Source: the human T2T-CHM13v2.0 reference genome, Homo sapiens. Taken from it: DNA of 64,000 nucleotides. The DNA lies in the NCBI RefSeq assembly GCF_009914755.1, contig NC_060935.1; one strand, 5' to 3'. Numbering within the stretch: the stretch's first letter is position 1; every line of letters begins with the position of its first letter. The notes under the pieces were generated by a model. It saw only the letters and a program-made list of their open reading frames with translations, had not been told where the DNA came from and did no database searches. The translations under genes were made by a program, and so were the position numbers. This document shows, one piece after another, positions 1 to 13,035 of this stretch.

Positions 1-356
1 TAGGCTCTGCACCCAGTTTTCATTATTAACATCTTATATTAGTATGGCACATTGGTCACAGTTAGTGTTATCATATTTATACATTATTATCAACTAAGGT
101 CCATAATACCTTATTCCTGTTTCCTTAGTTTTTCTCTAGTGTCTTTTGTTTTTGGTCCAGGATCTAATCCAGGATAGCACATTACTTTTAGTCATCATGT
201 TTTCTTAGGTTTCTTTTGAAATTACTGCAGTAATTTCTCAGACTTTTCTTGTTTTCTATGACCTTGGCAGTTGTGAGGAAAACTGGTCAGGTATTTTGTA
301 GAATGGTCATCAAATGGAATGCGCCCAGTACTTTTGTCATGATTGTTAGACTGGGA
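1..356 (-). mobile_element. Old L1M (L1MC-like) 3' region, left part
   Basis: L1MC-type sequence (gtccaggatctaatccaggat..., gaccttggcagt...actggtcaggtattttgtagaat) that resumes after 1590. Confidence 0.65.
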
Positions 357-1352
357 GCTATGGTCTGAATTTTTGTGTCTCCCCAAAAACCCATATGTTG
401 CAATCCTCACCCAAAGGTGATGGTATAATATTAGGAGGTAGGGTCTTTGGGAGTATAGAATCCCCTTGGCTCTCTGAAGTTTCACCAAAAAAAAAAATTC
501 AACTTGCAAAAAGCAGATTAACTGGAGAAAAAAAACATATTCATTTATTTAACATGTGTTCACAGGAGCCTTCAGAATAAAGACCCAAAGATACAGAGGA
601 AATTGTCAATTTTCATGCTTAGGTTCAACAAACTATAAACAGCTGTGTAGAAATACCATTGGACAAAATAGGTATTATCTAATGCGAATAGACTGAGGGG
701 GAAACCCAGCAAGACCTATCTCTCTAGATTCTTCTTGGCCTCTGAGCATTCATTTGGTCCTTCTGGGTATGGGTAGGGTCCTCTTTTGACCTATAGTTAA
801 ACGAGGTATATCAGATAATTGCTTTATGGCCAGTTTTTACCCAGAAAGGTAGAGGATAAATTAGACTAATATTTTTAGGTTTTACAGCTGACTTTGAAGA
901 AAAGGAGTTCTGGTTTCTATGACCTGTCCTGGGGAAGAGGGATTCTATTTTCTGTGGCTAAAGATAGCCTTGGGGGAGAATGGGACTGAGAACAGGAGGG
1001 CAAGAGAAGGTCAGACAAAAACTTTTGCTTCTGAGGCTACTTCAGAGAACTTCATTTTGGGGAACTGTTTTCTAAGCCCCAACAGGTTATTATGTTATGG
1101 GGGCACAGCCCTTGTGAATGGAAATAGTGCCCTTATAAATAAAAAAGGCCAAAGAGAGGCCACTTGCCCATTTTACTTTGTAAGGTTGCAATGAGAAGAT
1201 GGCTGCCTGTAAAGCAGAAAGCAGACCCTCACCAGATCACCAAATCTGCTTTGTCTTGATTGGACTTCCCAGCCTCAGAACTGTGAGAAACAAATTTCTG
1301 TTGTTTATAAGCCACTCAATTTATGGTATTTTGTTATAGCAACCAAACGGAT
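357..1352 (+). mobile_element. MLT1A-type MaLR solo LTR, split by a nested ERV1 LTR
   Basis: Starts gctatggtctgaat...; second half has ttggacttcccagcctcagaactgtgagaaacaaatttctgttgtttataagcc. Confidence 0.8.
454..1084 (-). mobile_element. ERV1 solo LTR (MER39/MER34-group-like) nested in MLT1A
   Basis: The reverse complement begins TGTTGGGGCTTAGAAAACAGTTCCCCAAAATGAAG...GCCTCAGAAGCAAAAGTTTT. It interrupts the MLT1A collinearly. Confidence 0.65.
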
Positions 1353-1590
1353 ATTGGGGTTATGTGTTTTGGGCGAAAAGACATTGGGGTTATGTGTTTT
1401 GGGGGTTCTGTGTTTTGGGGCAAACAACATTGGGGTTATATGTTTTGGGGGTTATGTCTTTTCAGGGGAAAGACATTGGGGTTATATGTTTTGGGGGTTC
1501 TGTGTTTTGGGGCAAACGACATTGGGGTTATATGTCTTGGGGATTATGCGTTTTCAGGGGAAAGACATTGGGGTTATGTGTTTTGGGGAA
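1351..1590. repeat. G/T-rich minisatellite, ~92-bp period built from (gacattggggttatrtgttttgggg)-like subunits
   Basis: ggggaaagacattggggttat recurs at 1465 and 1557; about 2.5 higher-order copies. Confidence 0.9.
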
Positions 1591-1800
1591 AAAAGATCAC
1601 AGAGGTCAAGGGCCATTCTCAGCACAACATGGCAAGCATTGCTTTATCAGCTTTTCATGGATGATGTTGACCTTGGTCATCTGGCTGAGGTAGTATTTGC
1701 CAGGTTTCTCCACTGTGAAGTTACTCTTTGTTTCCCCCTTTTCATACTGTAGTCCTTGGAAGGAAGTCAACATGCACAGCACACACTTAAGGAATGGGAA
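1590..1800 (-). mobile_element. Old L1M (L1MC-like), right part
   Basis: gatgttgaccttggtcatctggctgaggtagtatttgccaggtttctccactgtgaagttactc matches the recalled L1MC 3' consensus. Confidence 0.7.
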
Positions 1801-2154
1801 GACAAATTTTAGGAGCTCCATTTTTTAGAAAAAAGGGAGGTAATGGCAGATTAAATAACTGTCTCTATATTTCTAGGTTATTAATTTGCAAAGCCAAGAT
1901 TTAAATAACCCATGCTTGATAAAAAGGTTTTTCTCATGGTCTTTTGGGAAGCCAGTGGTAACTCACTTACAACACAATTCACTGTAGAAATTCCCCATAT
2001 TCCTTTGAAATACAGAATCCCATTGGCTTAGAAAAGAGCACAGGCTGAGAAGTCAACAGATGTAGTTCCATCTCTGAGTTTACCCTGAATGGTCATGTCA
2101 CCTTAGACACCAAATATCCCCGGCCTCAAGTTGACTCTTCTGGAGAGTTTAGAA

Positions 2155-2255
2155 ATTGGGCTCTGTTTGAATTCCAGCCAAGCCACTAAACTGTTGAACC
2201 TTGGGCACGTGCTTTGCTGTCCCTAAGGCTCAGTCTTCTCATCTGTAAAATGGCT
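2155..2255 (+). mobile_element. MIR fragment
   Basis: accttgggcacg...ctcagtcttctcatctgtaaaatgg core. Confidence 0.65.
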
Positions 2256-2529
2256 GTAGCAGGGGCAAATCTCAGCTCAGAAATTCATGTGAGTGAGAAA
2301 TACAATTGTATTTTTCGTAACAGCTTAATTTCTCTCTTGAGCTCCACTTGTAGCTGAATGGCAGATCTTTACCTTCATATGGAATCAAGTCTTCTGCCCT
2401 TTCTCTCTGTGGTTGTGACCACATTCTGAGGGGGTTATAACATGCCAAGTTTATGAGTGCTTACCTGGTCCCCATGTCATCTGTTCACAGTGATATCTAC
2501 AAAAACATCAGTCCTTTGATCCTTTTTAA

Positions 2530-2660
2530 TCAGTCCAGGTTGGTAGCCACTGCTGTCAGTAGTGGATTTTTCTCTTGCTTTTCTGTCTTCAATTTTGACC
2601 TGTCAAATTTCTCAATCTCAGCCCTATTGGGTGTGTTGGACATGGTTGCTGAAGAAACCC
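2530..2660 (-). pseudogene. Thymosin beta-4 (TMSB4X-like) retrocopy fragment
   Basis: The minus strand reads tttcttcagcaaccATG, then MSNTPNRAEIEKFDRSKLKTEKQEKNPL. TMSB4X reads ttttcctccgcaaccATG, then [29 protein letters not shown]. Homology is lost after KNPL. Confidence 0.8.
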
Positions 2661-2775
2661 ATCCAGCTCCCTTCTCTTCTCACAATGACAGCTGCCACCA
2701 GGAGCCTCAGACCACTGCACTACCTGCCTCCTCACTCTCGCTCACCAATGCAGCCAGCAGCCTCTCAATTTCCCT

Positions 2776-3072
2776 GAAGTTCAAGATCAAGGCATTGGCA
2801 GATTTGGTTTCTCCTTGGAAAGCAGATGGCCATCTTCTCGCTGTGTCTTCACATGGTAGCCCCTTTCTGTATGTGTGCCCCGGTGTCTCTCTGTTTGTCC
2901 ACATTTTCTTACAAAATTACCAATCAGATTGGATTAGAGCCCACCCTAACAGCCTCATTTTAATTCAATCACCTCTTTAAAGGCCCTGTTTCCAAATACA
3001 GTCACGTTCTGATGTGCTGGGGGTTAGGGCTTCAACATATGAATTTGAGGGGAGGACACAATTCAGCCCATA
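2776..3072 (-). mobile_element. MLT1B-like MaLR LTR fragment
   Basis: cagattggattagagcccaccc...tttaaaggccctgtttccaaatacagtcac...ggacacaattcagcccataa. Confidence 0.75.
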
Positions 3073-3129
3073 ATGATAGCAAATAAATTTCAGTTATTTA
3101 AATTTGAGAATTTGGCAGACTTTTTATCA

Positions 3130-3447
<318 letters not shown>

Positions 3448-3879
3448 GACTCATCATTTCAAGAAAAGCAACTGACAGTATGTGTCGCCAATGATAAAAT
3501 TTAAGCCTTCAACTGAAAATTAGAATTTGGAAAAATTTTATTTACTGCTATGAGCTTAATAGTTTCTCAATATTTAAGAGCTTTTCTAATGAAATCAGTG
3601 GTAATATTGACAAGTATGATTTTGTGATATTTTATAGTGAAATGTTTGAATATCTGGAATATATACATAACCTCAGTGAGCCAATATTTTCCACGATGTT
3701 ACAAAATCATGCATGGGTAAAAGATCCCTTCAAATTTCAAGACAGACCAATGGATTTTATATAACAGGGTATGAAGAGTTCACCAATATGGTTTTAGTGA
3801 ACCATATTAGTGAACTGAAAATAACCTTTAAGAAACTACCACTTAGCAAATTTTGTGTAGTATCAAAGGATAATATCTG

Positions 3880-4172
3880 CAAGCATGGTGGCTCACGCCT
3901 GTAATCTCAGCACTTTGGAAGGCTGAGACAGGAGGATTGCTTGAGTCCAGGAGTTTGAGTCCAGCCTGGGAAACATAGTAAGACTCCATCCATCTCTACA
4001 AATAAAAAATAATTAGCTAGCATGGTGGCATACACCTCTAGTCCCAGCTACTAGAGGAGCTGAGGTGGGAGGATCGCTTGAGCCTGGTAGGTCAAGGCTG
4101 TATTGAGCCATGATCACACCACTGCACTCCAGCCTGGGCAACAGAGCAAGATCCTACCTCGAATTACAAAAT
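3880..4172 (+). mobile_element. Alu (AluJ-type)
   Basis: Dimeric Alu with J-type ggaggatcgcttgagcc / aggctg. Confidence 0.9.
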
Positions 4173-4602
4173 ATAAGAATATTCACAATTATCTCAAAAG
4201 CCCATTAAAAAGCTTTTTCCTTCTCCAACTGTGTGTCTGTGCAAGGCCATATCTTCTTCATAAAATTCAACCAAAACAACATATCACAACAGATTAATTG
4301 CAGAAGCAGATATGAGAGTCCAGCTGACTCCTTTTAAGCCAGATATTTAAGAGATTTGCAAAAATATAAAGCAATGCGATTCTTCTGACTAACTGGTTTT
4401 CTGTTTTCAAAATGTTTTTTATTAAAAACGTTATTTCGTTAACATAATGCATTTGTTATTTTTAAATGAATCAACTGAAATTTTAATAAATGTTTTCTTA
4501 TTCAGTTTTAATTTATCATATGGTAAATATCAGTGGATATAACCCACATAAACAAAAGCTTTTTGGAGGTCTTCATAAATTTTAAGAGTATAAGGAAGTC
4601 CT

Positions 4603-4908
4603 GGCCAGGCGCAATGTCTGATGCCTATAATCCTAGCACTTTGGGAGGCTGAAGAGAGTGGATTGCTTGAGGTCAGGAGTTTGAGATCAGCCTGGGCAAC
4701 ACAGGAGACCTGTATTAAATAAAAATACAAAAAAAATAACTGGGCATGGTGGTGTGCACCTGTGGTCCCAGCTACTTGGGAGGCTGAGGTGGGAGGATCG
4801 CTTGAGCCTGGGTGTAGAGGTTGCAGTGAGCCGAGATCACCTCGCTGCAGTCCAGCCTGAGTGACACAGTGAGACCCTGTCTCAAAACAAAACAAACAAA
4901 CAAAAAAA
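4603..4908 (+). mobile_element. Alu (AluJ-type)
   Basis: Dimeric Alu with (AAAC)n tail. Confidence 0.92.
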
Positions 4909-4988
4909 GAGGTTCTAAGACCATAAAGTTTGAGAACCACTGATTTAATCGACAGTCATATTTTGAACATCTACTATATGCCAAATAG

Positions 4989-6201
<1,213 letters not shown>

Positions 6202-7084
6202 GAAACATTATATAATCATAATAGATTTATTTGTGCACAAATGAAGGTGTGCAAAGGTGGCTCTGGGAAGAGGCTGGTATAGCCTTTAACTCTCTTGAAG
6301 CATCGCTATTTCCCTGAGACCTCCTCTGACTCCCCAAGCTGCAGGCAAAAGGATAAAGAGGAATCACACAGGGAGACATGGCAGGACAGAGCAGCCCAGG
6401 CTCAGAGAATTACAAGTTCACATAACCCAAGGCAAGAAAAAGCTGCTCTGCTCAGGGAAGAGCAAATGGTTGTTTAACATGGCGAGTGTGTGGACCACAC
6501 AAGGATTAGCAGGTGGGGAGGCTAAATTCCTTTAAAAAGGAAAATAAATAGATGTTGCAAGATCTTTCCTCTTTTCGCTGTTAGCAGATGATAATAGTTA
6601 GCTTCCCCATGTCACAGAGGAAATAGGCATGAATGACTCAGCAGAGATGACCCAACAAAAGGAAACTAGTGCTATGAAATCTGAGTCAGTTCAAACTAAA
6701 TCCACATGGTGCCTCGCCTTGGAAAATTAATTTTTCTCCATGGGAAGTAATTTTTATACCTTTATATTTAAGCAAACACATATATTATGGCCTAGAATGC
6801 ACGATTCATGTGAATGTTTGAGACAAAGCATAAAACTTAAAGAAATTTTCTGTTTGCAACTACCTGCTTTGGCTCCATGGGTACGTTGATATTTTAAGTT
6901 GATTAGTACTTCAGTGGAGAGGTTTGTCTAGCACGATTTAAGAGTTAACCAGTCATGTGTTCTCTGCAAAAGCCAAGACAGCCCTATTAAAGGATCATAT
7001 TCTTGGAAATACATTTTCACCTTCTCATTCTTCCATGTCATTCTTCCATTATGCCCTCGAGTGCAGCTTATTTTTGTGTGACAT

Positions 7085-8009
7085 GTAGCCTGTGGAATGG
7101 CTCTCAATTATCCCTTTCTCTTGTCTTTCATGCCCTCATGTAAGTTCCTCCCCTTGAGTGCAGACTGTGCCTAGTAACTTGCTTCTAATCAATAGAATAT
7201 GGAGAAGGAGATGGGGTAAGAGTCCCAAGATTAGACTTCTCTGGTCTGAATGTTGGTATCCCCACCCCCAAAATTTATATGTGATGGCATTAGGAAGTGT
7301 GACCCTTGGAAGGCAATTAGGTTATAAGGAAAGAACCTTTATGAATGGGAATATTGTCTTTATAAAAGAGGTCAGAGAGAGACTCCTTGTCCCTTTTCTA
7401 CCATGTGAAGACACGGCATGGAGGTGCTATCTATGATCTAGAAAATGGGACCTCTCCGGACATCAACTCTTCCAGTTTCTTGATCTTGGACTTCCCAGAC
7501 TCCTGAACCATGAGGGGAAAATGTCTGTTGTTTATAAGCCATGCAGTTATGATATTTGTTATAGCAGCCTGAATGGACTAAGACAGGTTACAAAAAAGAT
7601 GGACTTCTACCTTGCTCAAATCCTCCCCTGTCCCGCTCTGTTTTCCACTCTGATGAACTCCAGCACCACCCACAGAGAGCTGCCCTGTGGAGAGACTCAC
7701 CCTACAAGCAACTGAGGACAGCTTCTAGCCAAAGCCATCGAGAAACTTGAGGCCCTCAATGCAGCGGCCCTCAAGGAGATGGATCTTGCCAGCCACCACA
7801 TGGACGTGGACCTTCCCCAAGTAAGTCGTGAAATGACAGCAGCCCAGATGACACCCTGATTACAGTCTATCAGTGACCTTGAACCACAGGGCCAGTAAAG
7901 CTGCCCCAGATTCCTGATCCACAGAAACTGGGAGATTTGAAAACTATGTTGCTGTTTTAAGCACTGTATTTTGGGGTCATTTGTTATGAAGTAATACATA
8001 ACTAACACA
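7085..8009 (+). mobile_element. MLT1E/F-like MaLR LTR containing a nested MLT1A (~7240-7584)
   Basis: Outer element: ctagtaacttgcttctaatcaatagaatatgg ... tgttttaagc...ataactaacaca. Inner element: ggtctgaatgtt ... tagcagcctgaatggactaagaca. Confidence 0.75.
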
Positions 8010-8674
8010 TTCTCTGTTGTTATGTTGTAAATGGATAAAATTGTCTTACTTTAATAAAAGAGGAGAAAAATATCTGTGCCAGCTTGAGAGAATGTGGCAG
8101 TTTGGACTGTGGGAACCCATTCCTCAGGAACAAATGTTCACATGCATTGTCTTTGTCCAAGGCATACTGTGAGATCTAGTTTTTGACATGCTCTGTCTGA
8201 TTACCTCCCACTTCTGTGATTACACAAAGCCAACAGAGCTGTATGTTTCAGTGCCTCCATTCCAGGGGCTGCTGCCATCCCCTTAAATGCCCTAATCTCA
8301 CTTCTTTTGCTATCAAAAATTCAATAAACATGCTGCATGCTGTGTGTCAGAGCTGACATCTTCTCTCATGGTGAGAAGGCTCTAAACTCAAAAGAGATCT
8401 TTATGTCTGTTTTTCCTATTCAACTTCCTAACCTTCTGCTATTTTCTCCTCCTGTCAGTGCCAGTTATCTAGAATAAAGGCTAATAGATAGCATTTGCTT
8501 TATACCTCTGCTTTTCTGTTAGGGTTTTTAAATTTGGACTGAATCTAGGTATGGAAGGCAAACTGAACAGTGGCTGTGTGAGTGAGAGCAGGCACTGGAT
8601 TCAAAACGGGATGGTGCTTGGGATTAGCCAGCCTTCCAACCAGCACAGGCCCCACAGGGACAGTTCTTAGAGCC

Positions 8675-9110
8675 CATGTTAGCTGGGGTTCTCTGAGAGT
8701 CAGACTCCAACATGAGATCAAATATGCAAGGATTTGATAGGGGAAACACCTAGGAAAGAAAATGGGAGGGAGTCAGAAAAGGCTGGGAGAGTCATCAGAC
8801 TGAGATGGGATCCTGGCCCTGAGTAGGAAGAGCAGGAAGGGAAGCATCCCAGATTGCCACACAGTCCAAGGAGGGTCCTGTAAAACCCTCAGGAAGACTT
8901 CAAGCCAAAGCTGGCATGGGAGGATTCCTGTGTTGCCTAGAAAAGGTCTGCCCCAGTAGCCCTGCTGCACTGGTCATTGACTGGGAGCACAGCCTCAGCA
9001 CAGACACAGTAATGGACTTCAGAGTGCAGTGCCTGGGGCTCTTGGTCAAGTACACTCCCCGTAGTAGAGGTTTGCAAGGAGCATACTATGGCCAGCATAG
9101 AGGCATAAGA
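8675..9110 (-). mobile_element. Old ERVL-type LTR (LTR16-like)
   Basis: ggggttctctgagagtcagactccaa...gcaaggatttgataggggaaacacct resembles the reverse strand of LTR16-group elements. Confidence 0.5.
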
Positions 9111-9353
9111 CAATGAAAATTCTGGCAGCAGTGGGTCAGGGGGCAAAAGAGTATTGCAGAGTGATAGCTCCCCCTCTAAGAGGTAACAGCATAGTATTTC
9201 TTTGTCTATATTGACAATATATGATCTTTACATTGTCACCAAAGAAGCAGAACTGTGCTATGTTTCCTGATTTATGTAGGTCATTTTCTGTGTTGTCACA
9301 TTTCCTATTCATTCGCTTGTTCATTTCTTCTTTTATTCACCCAACAATACTTA

Positions 9354-9633
<280 letters not shown>

Positions 9634-10499
9634 TAACAATACTTTTAAGAGTCTAATTCTTCTAGTCACTAGAGAATCAGTGGTAAGTTACACAGCCATG
9701 GAAATATCTTGTTTTAGGTAAAATAGACAATAAAAGTGTGAACAAAAAAAAAGAAGAAAATATCTGATCATTATAATACCCTAAGGAAAATAAAACAAGA
9801 TGATCCAATAAAGAATTACTTTTAGAGGGTGGAGGAAGAAAATCTATTACTTGTATGTCCAATCATGTTTTCAGCTACTTTCTTTTCTTGTCCCACAAAC
9901 TCTATTTTGGAACATTAAGACAGGTCGACCTAACCTGACTCCAGTTTGTTTTCTCCCCTGGCATGAACATTGGCTTAGACTACATACTCCAGCCTCTGCC
10001 TTTCCCTACCAATGTTATTGCTGGCAAGCCCAATCCCTCCAATACTGTAAGCTGCTCTGTACATCCCTCTATACACAGGGGACAGGGTTGGTCCTGCAGT
10101 GATGAATAAACATTTCTTCTGTATTAGTAACTCCTCTAATTTGTCTTGGACTATCATTATTTTTTCCTTTCAGGAAATAAAACCCCAAACAAACAAGGGT
10201 CTAAGAAGCCATGTGAGAGTAAAGCCTACCAGGTCACACTCAGTTCTGGGAACACTCAGCCCTCCCCTAATTAATTGCAATAGTTGAAGCATTAGCCACA
10301 CAGCTAGATGAGAAGGAAGCATGAAGTTCTAAGAGTGTTGGGCTGGAAGTCAGAAGACCTGTATTTTTGCCCCAGCTCACCATTAACTAAATGGGCAATC
10401 TCAAATAAATGTCTTCTTCTCTGGCACCTGCCATACAATAAGCACATAATCTATTTTGTTGAATGAGTGGAACAGGATCTTATACTACCACTGCCCCTA

Positions 10500-10980
10500 T
10501 CAGCTAAAGTAGAGATTCAGAGGCTGTAACAAAGAGACCTCAAAATATAGTGGCTTAAACAGCAAAGAGGTTTATGTCTCTCTAATGCAACAGAATAGTG
10601 GTAAGGAGGAGAGGTTGGCAGCTCTGCTCTGCCAGGATATCCTGGGACCCAGGTTTCTTTTATTTTCTTCCTCTAGATCTTTTTAGGGTGGTGCTGCATG
10701 GCTGATGCTGATTCAGCAGTGCCACATCCAAGTACCAGCCAGAGAGAAGAGGAAAAGAGAGTAGATGTGAAAGACTTACACTCAAGCTCCCATTCACAAG
10801 AAGCTGATCACATGGCCACAACAAGCTTCAAGGGAGACTGGGAAATGTGGCCTCTAGCTGATTAGCCATGATGCCTGAAAGCACCTATGGAGTAGGGGAG
10901 AATTTTCTTACTAAAAGAGAAAAGGAGAGAACAGACACAGTTGGACATATAGCAGTCTCGGACATGCCTATAACAAGATT
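10500..10980 (-). mobile_element. Old MLT1 (K/L-like) LTR
   Basis: agtggcttaaacagcaaagaggtttat...gggacccagg...cacatggccaca...agggagactgggaaatgtggcct. Confidence 0.6.
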
Positions 10981-11329
10981 CCATACTCAAGTCTATTATT
11001 CTATTGAGTAATGAATTGTATTGTCATGTAATCATTTAATTTTATTTGGCTTCTTTTTTTTGCCCAGAATTTTGCTTTGATTCCAACTTCAAACCTACTA
11101 CTGACCTAAACCTAATGTCTTTGGGTATGTATGTTTTAATGTGAGGTCCATGGCTCCCACAGGCCCCCCTAAGGGGAGTCTTAAAATTTTTTACGAGGAT
11201 CTTTTTAATTGGAGGTCTTCGTTTTGATCATAGTCTTAAAATTGAGTTTTACTATCTTCTGCATAATTCTAATGACTCATGATCAAATCATACCACAGGA
11301 ATCCAGTGGCCTTGTTTATTCCAGTGGCA

Positions 11330-11800
11330 CAGATGTAAGCTTTGCAAAGACATGTTGGGTTAACACAAATTAAGGCCAAATAAGTTGATAGTATACGTAT
11401 ACTTTACAAAGGCAGTTTCCATAGTAGTTCAAATAAAGAGAAATTGTGGAAAAATGGGTCATCACATGGCACCCAGTAGCATAGACATGCCAAATTTAAA
11501 AGAATTAATGAGGCAGCAGTCAATATCATGTTTTCATTTGAAAGGTAATTTGGTTTCAGCAAAACAACATCATCCTTCCCATTAAATTAAGGTTGTTAAA
11601 TTGGCTTTGTAGTTTTGTTTGAATTTAACTTGTATTGAATTATATAATTTAACTTGTTTTTGGTTTTATATATATATCAGAGCCATAAGGATAAATTTGA
11701 AAGTAGCATTATAATTAAACAATTTAAGTAAACACTGGGAGGAAAAGTGGAAATTGCTTTTTTCTTTCAAAAGGCTCCATTTATTACTAAAGATTAAGGG
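11330..11800 (+). mobile_element. Charlie-type hAT transposon remnant
   Basis: Translation ends LVSAKQHHPSH*, like the C-terminus of Charlie-type hAT transposases; AT-rich 3' arm follows. Confidence 0.5.
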
Positions 11801-12934
11801 GCAGAGTTAACATGAAGATTTTCAAACAGTGATTTCCCCCTAGACTATGATTCTAGTAGACCCTAAATATTTTTACCCTGGAAATACTTGTTTTAGATCT
11901 TGTCCACACTCACCACTCAACCTCAATGCCTACTCAGTTGCTGCCCTCTTTAGAAAAAGAAGAAACATGGAATTGTGTAATATTTGCAGCATTTCATGAA
12001 CCAAAGAAATTTTGCCCAAGAGGATGGGTAGGTTACTCTCTGATTGCTAGTTGATTTCTGTTGCTTGAAAGGACAGGAAAGTGAAAAGTTCCTTCCTTTT
12101 CCTCTTGTCTTACCCATGACTGCAGTTTCTAGGGTAACTGCCTGAAAAGGGCAATAAACATTCCAGCCCCCTAACGCAAAGGTGTAGAAAGTGACAAATA
12201 GAGGGGTTCTGCAGCAGTGCGTACATCAGTCTATCTGGTGCTTGGAGATCCTTTGGGATGAGAGGTACTACATAACTTTAAGTTATAGAGACGCTTAATC
12301 AACCATTCTCCCACTGACCTGTGTTCTGTCCGTGATTTACTGGCACCTCTGTTTACCTACAGGATAATGGTCCTGGTGGGGAAGAGTATGAGGAAATAAA
12401 TGACTAGGTGGGTGATTAATTGTCCTCGCACAACACAGGGTCTGGTACCAAGATCATTATTTCTATTGTATGACAAGAAAGAAAGAAGGAACAGTGAAGC
12501 AGTGTGCATAAATAATGGGAGAAAGATTTCTTCATTGCTCAGGAAAGCTTTGCTGTCCCATTCTTTTCAGACTTTCTGAAGTGGCCTGTCCCGTAGTGTG
12601 AATTCTCATCTCTCTCTTGAACCTTCAAAACTGGTCTTCACCAATCCATTTGACATGGGGCTAACAGATATTTGGGGGATAGTTTCCATCCTATTCACTA
12701 CCAAATGCAAAGGGAGTATGGAACTGTTACTTTGCCCTTTCTGGAGCTTAACAATGCAAGCCACCTCCTGGGAGACAGCTCTGGGTTCCAAAAATAAGAG
12801 GCAGGAGAGAAGAATATATATTTGGTTTGAATGAAAACTATGAGTAAGGGCAGAGCAATATGGAGAAGAGTTCAGGACCCAAAGGCATCAGCTTTCAGCA
12901 TTTTATTTTAATTAACTAAATCAAGCATTTAGCT

Positions 12935-13035
12935 CAGTTGTTCTCAATCCCAGTACATATTAGAAACACTTCACTTGGGAGCCTCCAAAAAAATACCAAT
13001 GCCCAGGTCTCACCTCAGACCAATTAAATCAGAAA
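12935..13035. mobile_element. MER5A-like fragment
   Basis: cagttgttctcaa...aatgcccaggtctcacctcagaccaattaaatcagaa. Confidence 0.65.

Noticed and set aside
1323-1752. Three overlapping repetitive ORFs, and possible CRISPR-like or telomere-like nature of the array
   Set aside because: The ORFs are translations of a minisatellite. There are no unique spacers and the context is eukaryotic. The motif is not (TTAGGG)n and appears to derive from L1MC sequence.
2453-2980. 175-aa plus-strand ORF
   Set aside because: It runs antisense through the thymosin-like fragment into an MLT1 LTR, with no protein family resemblance.
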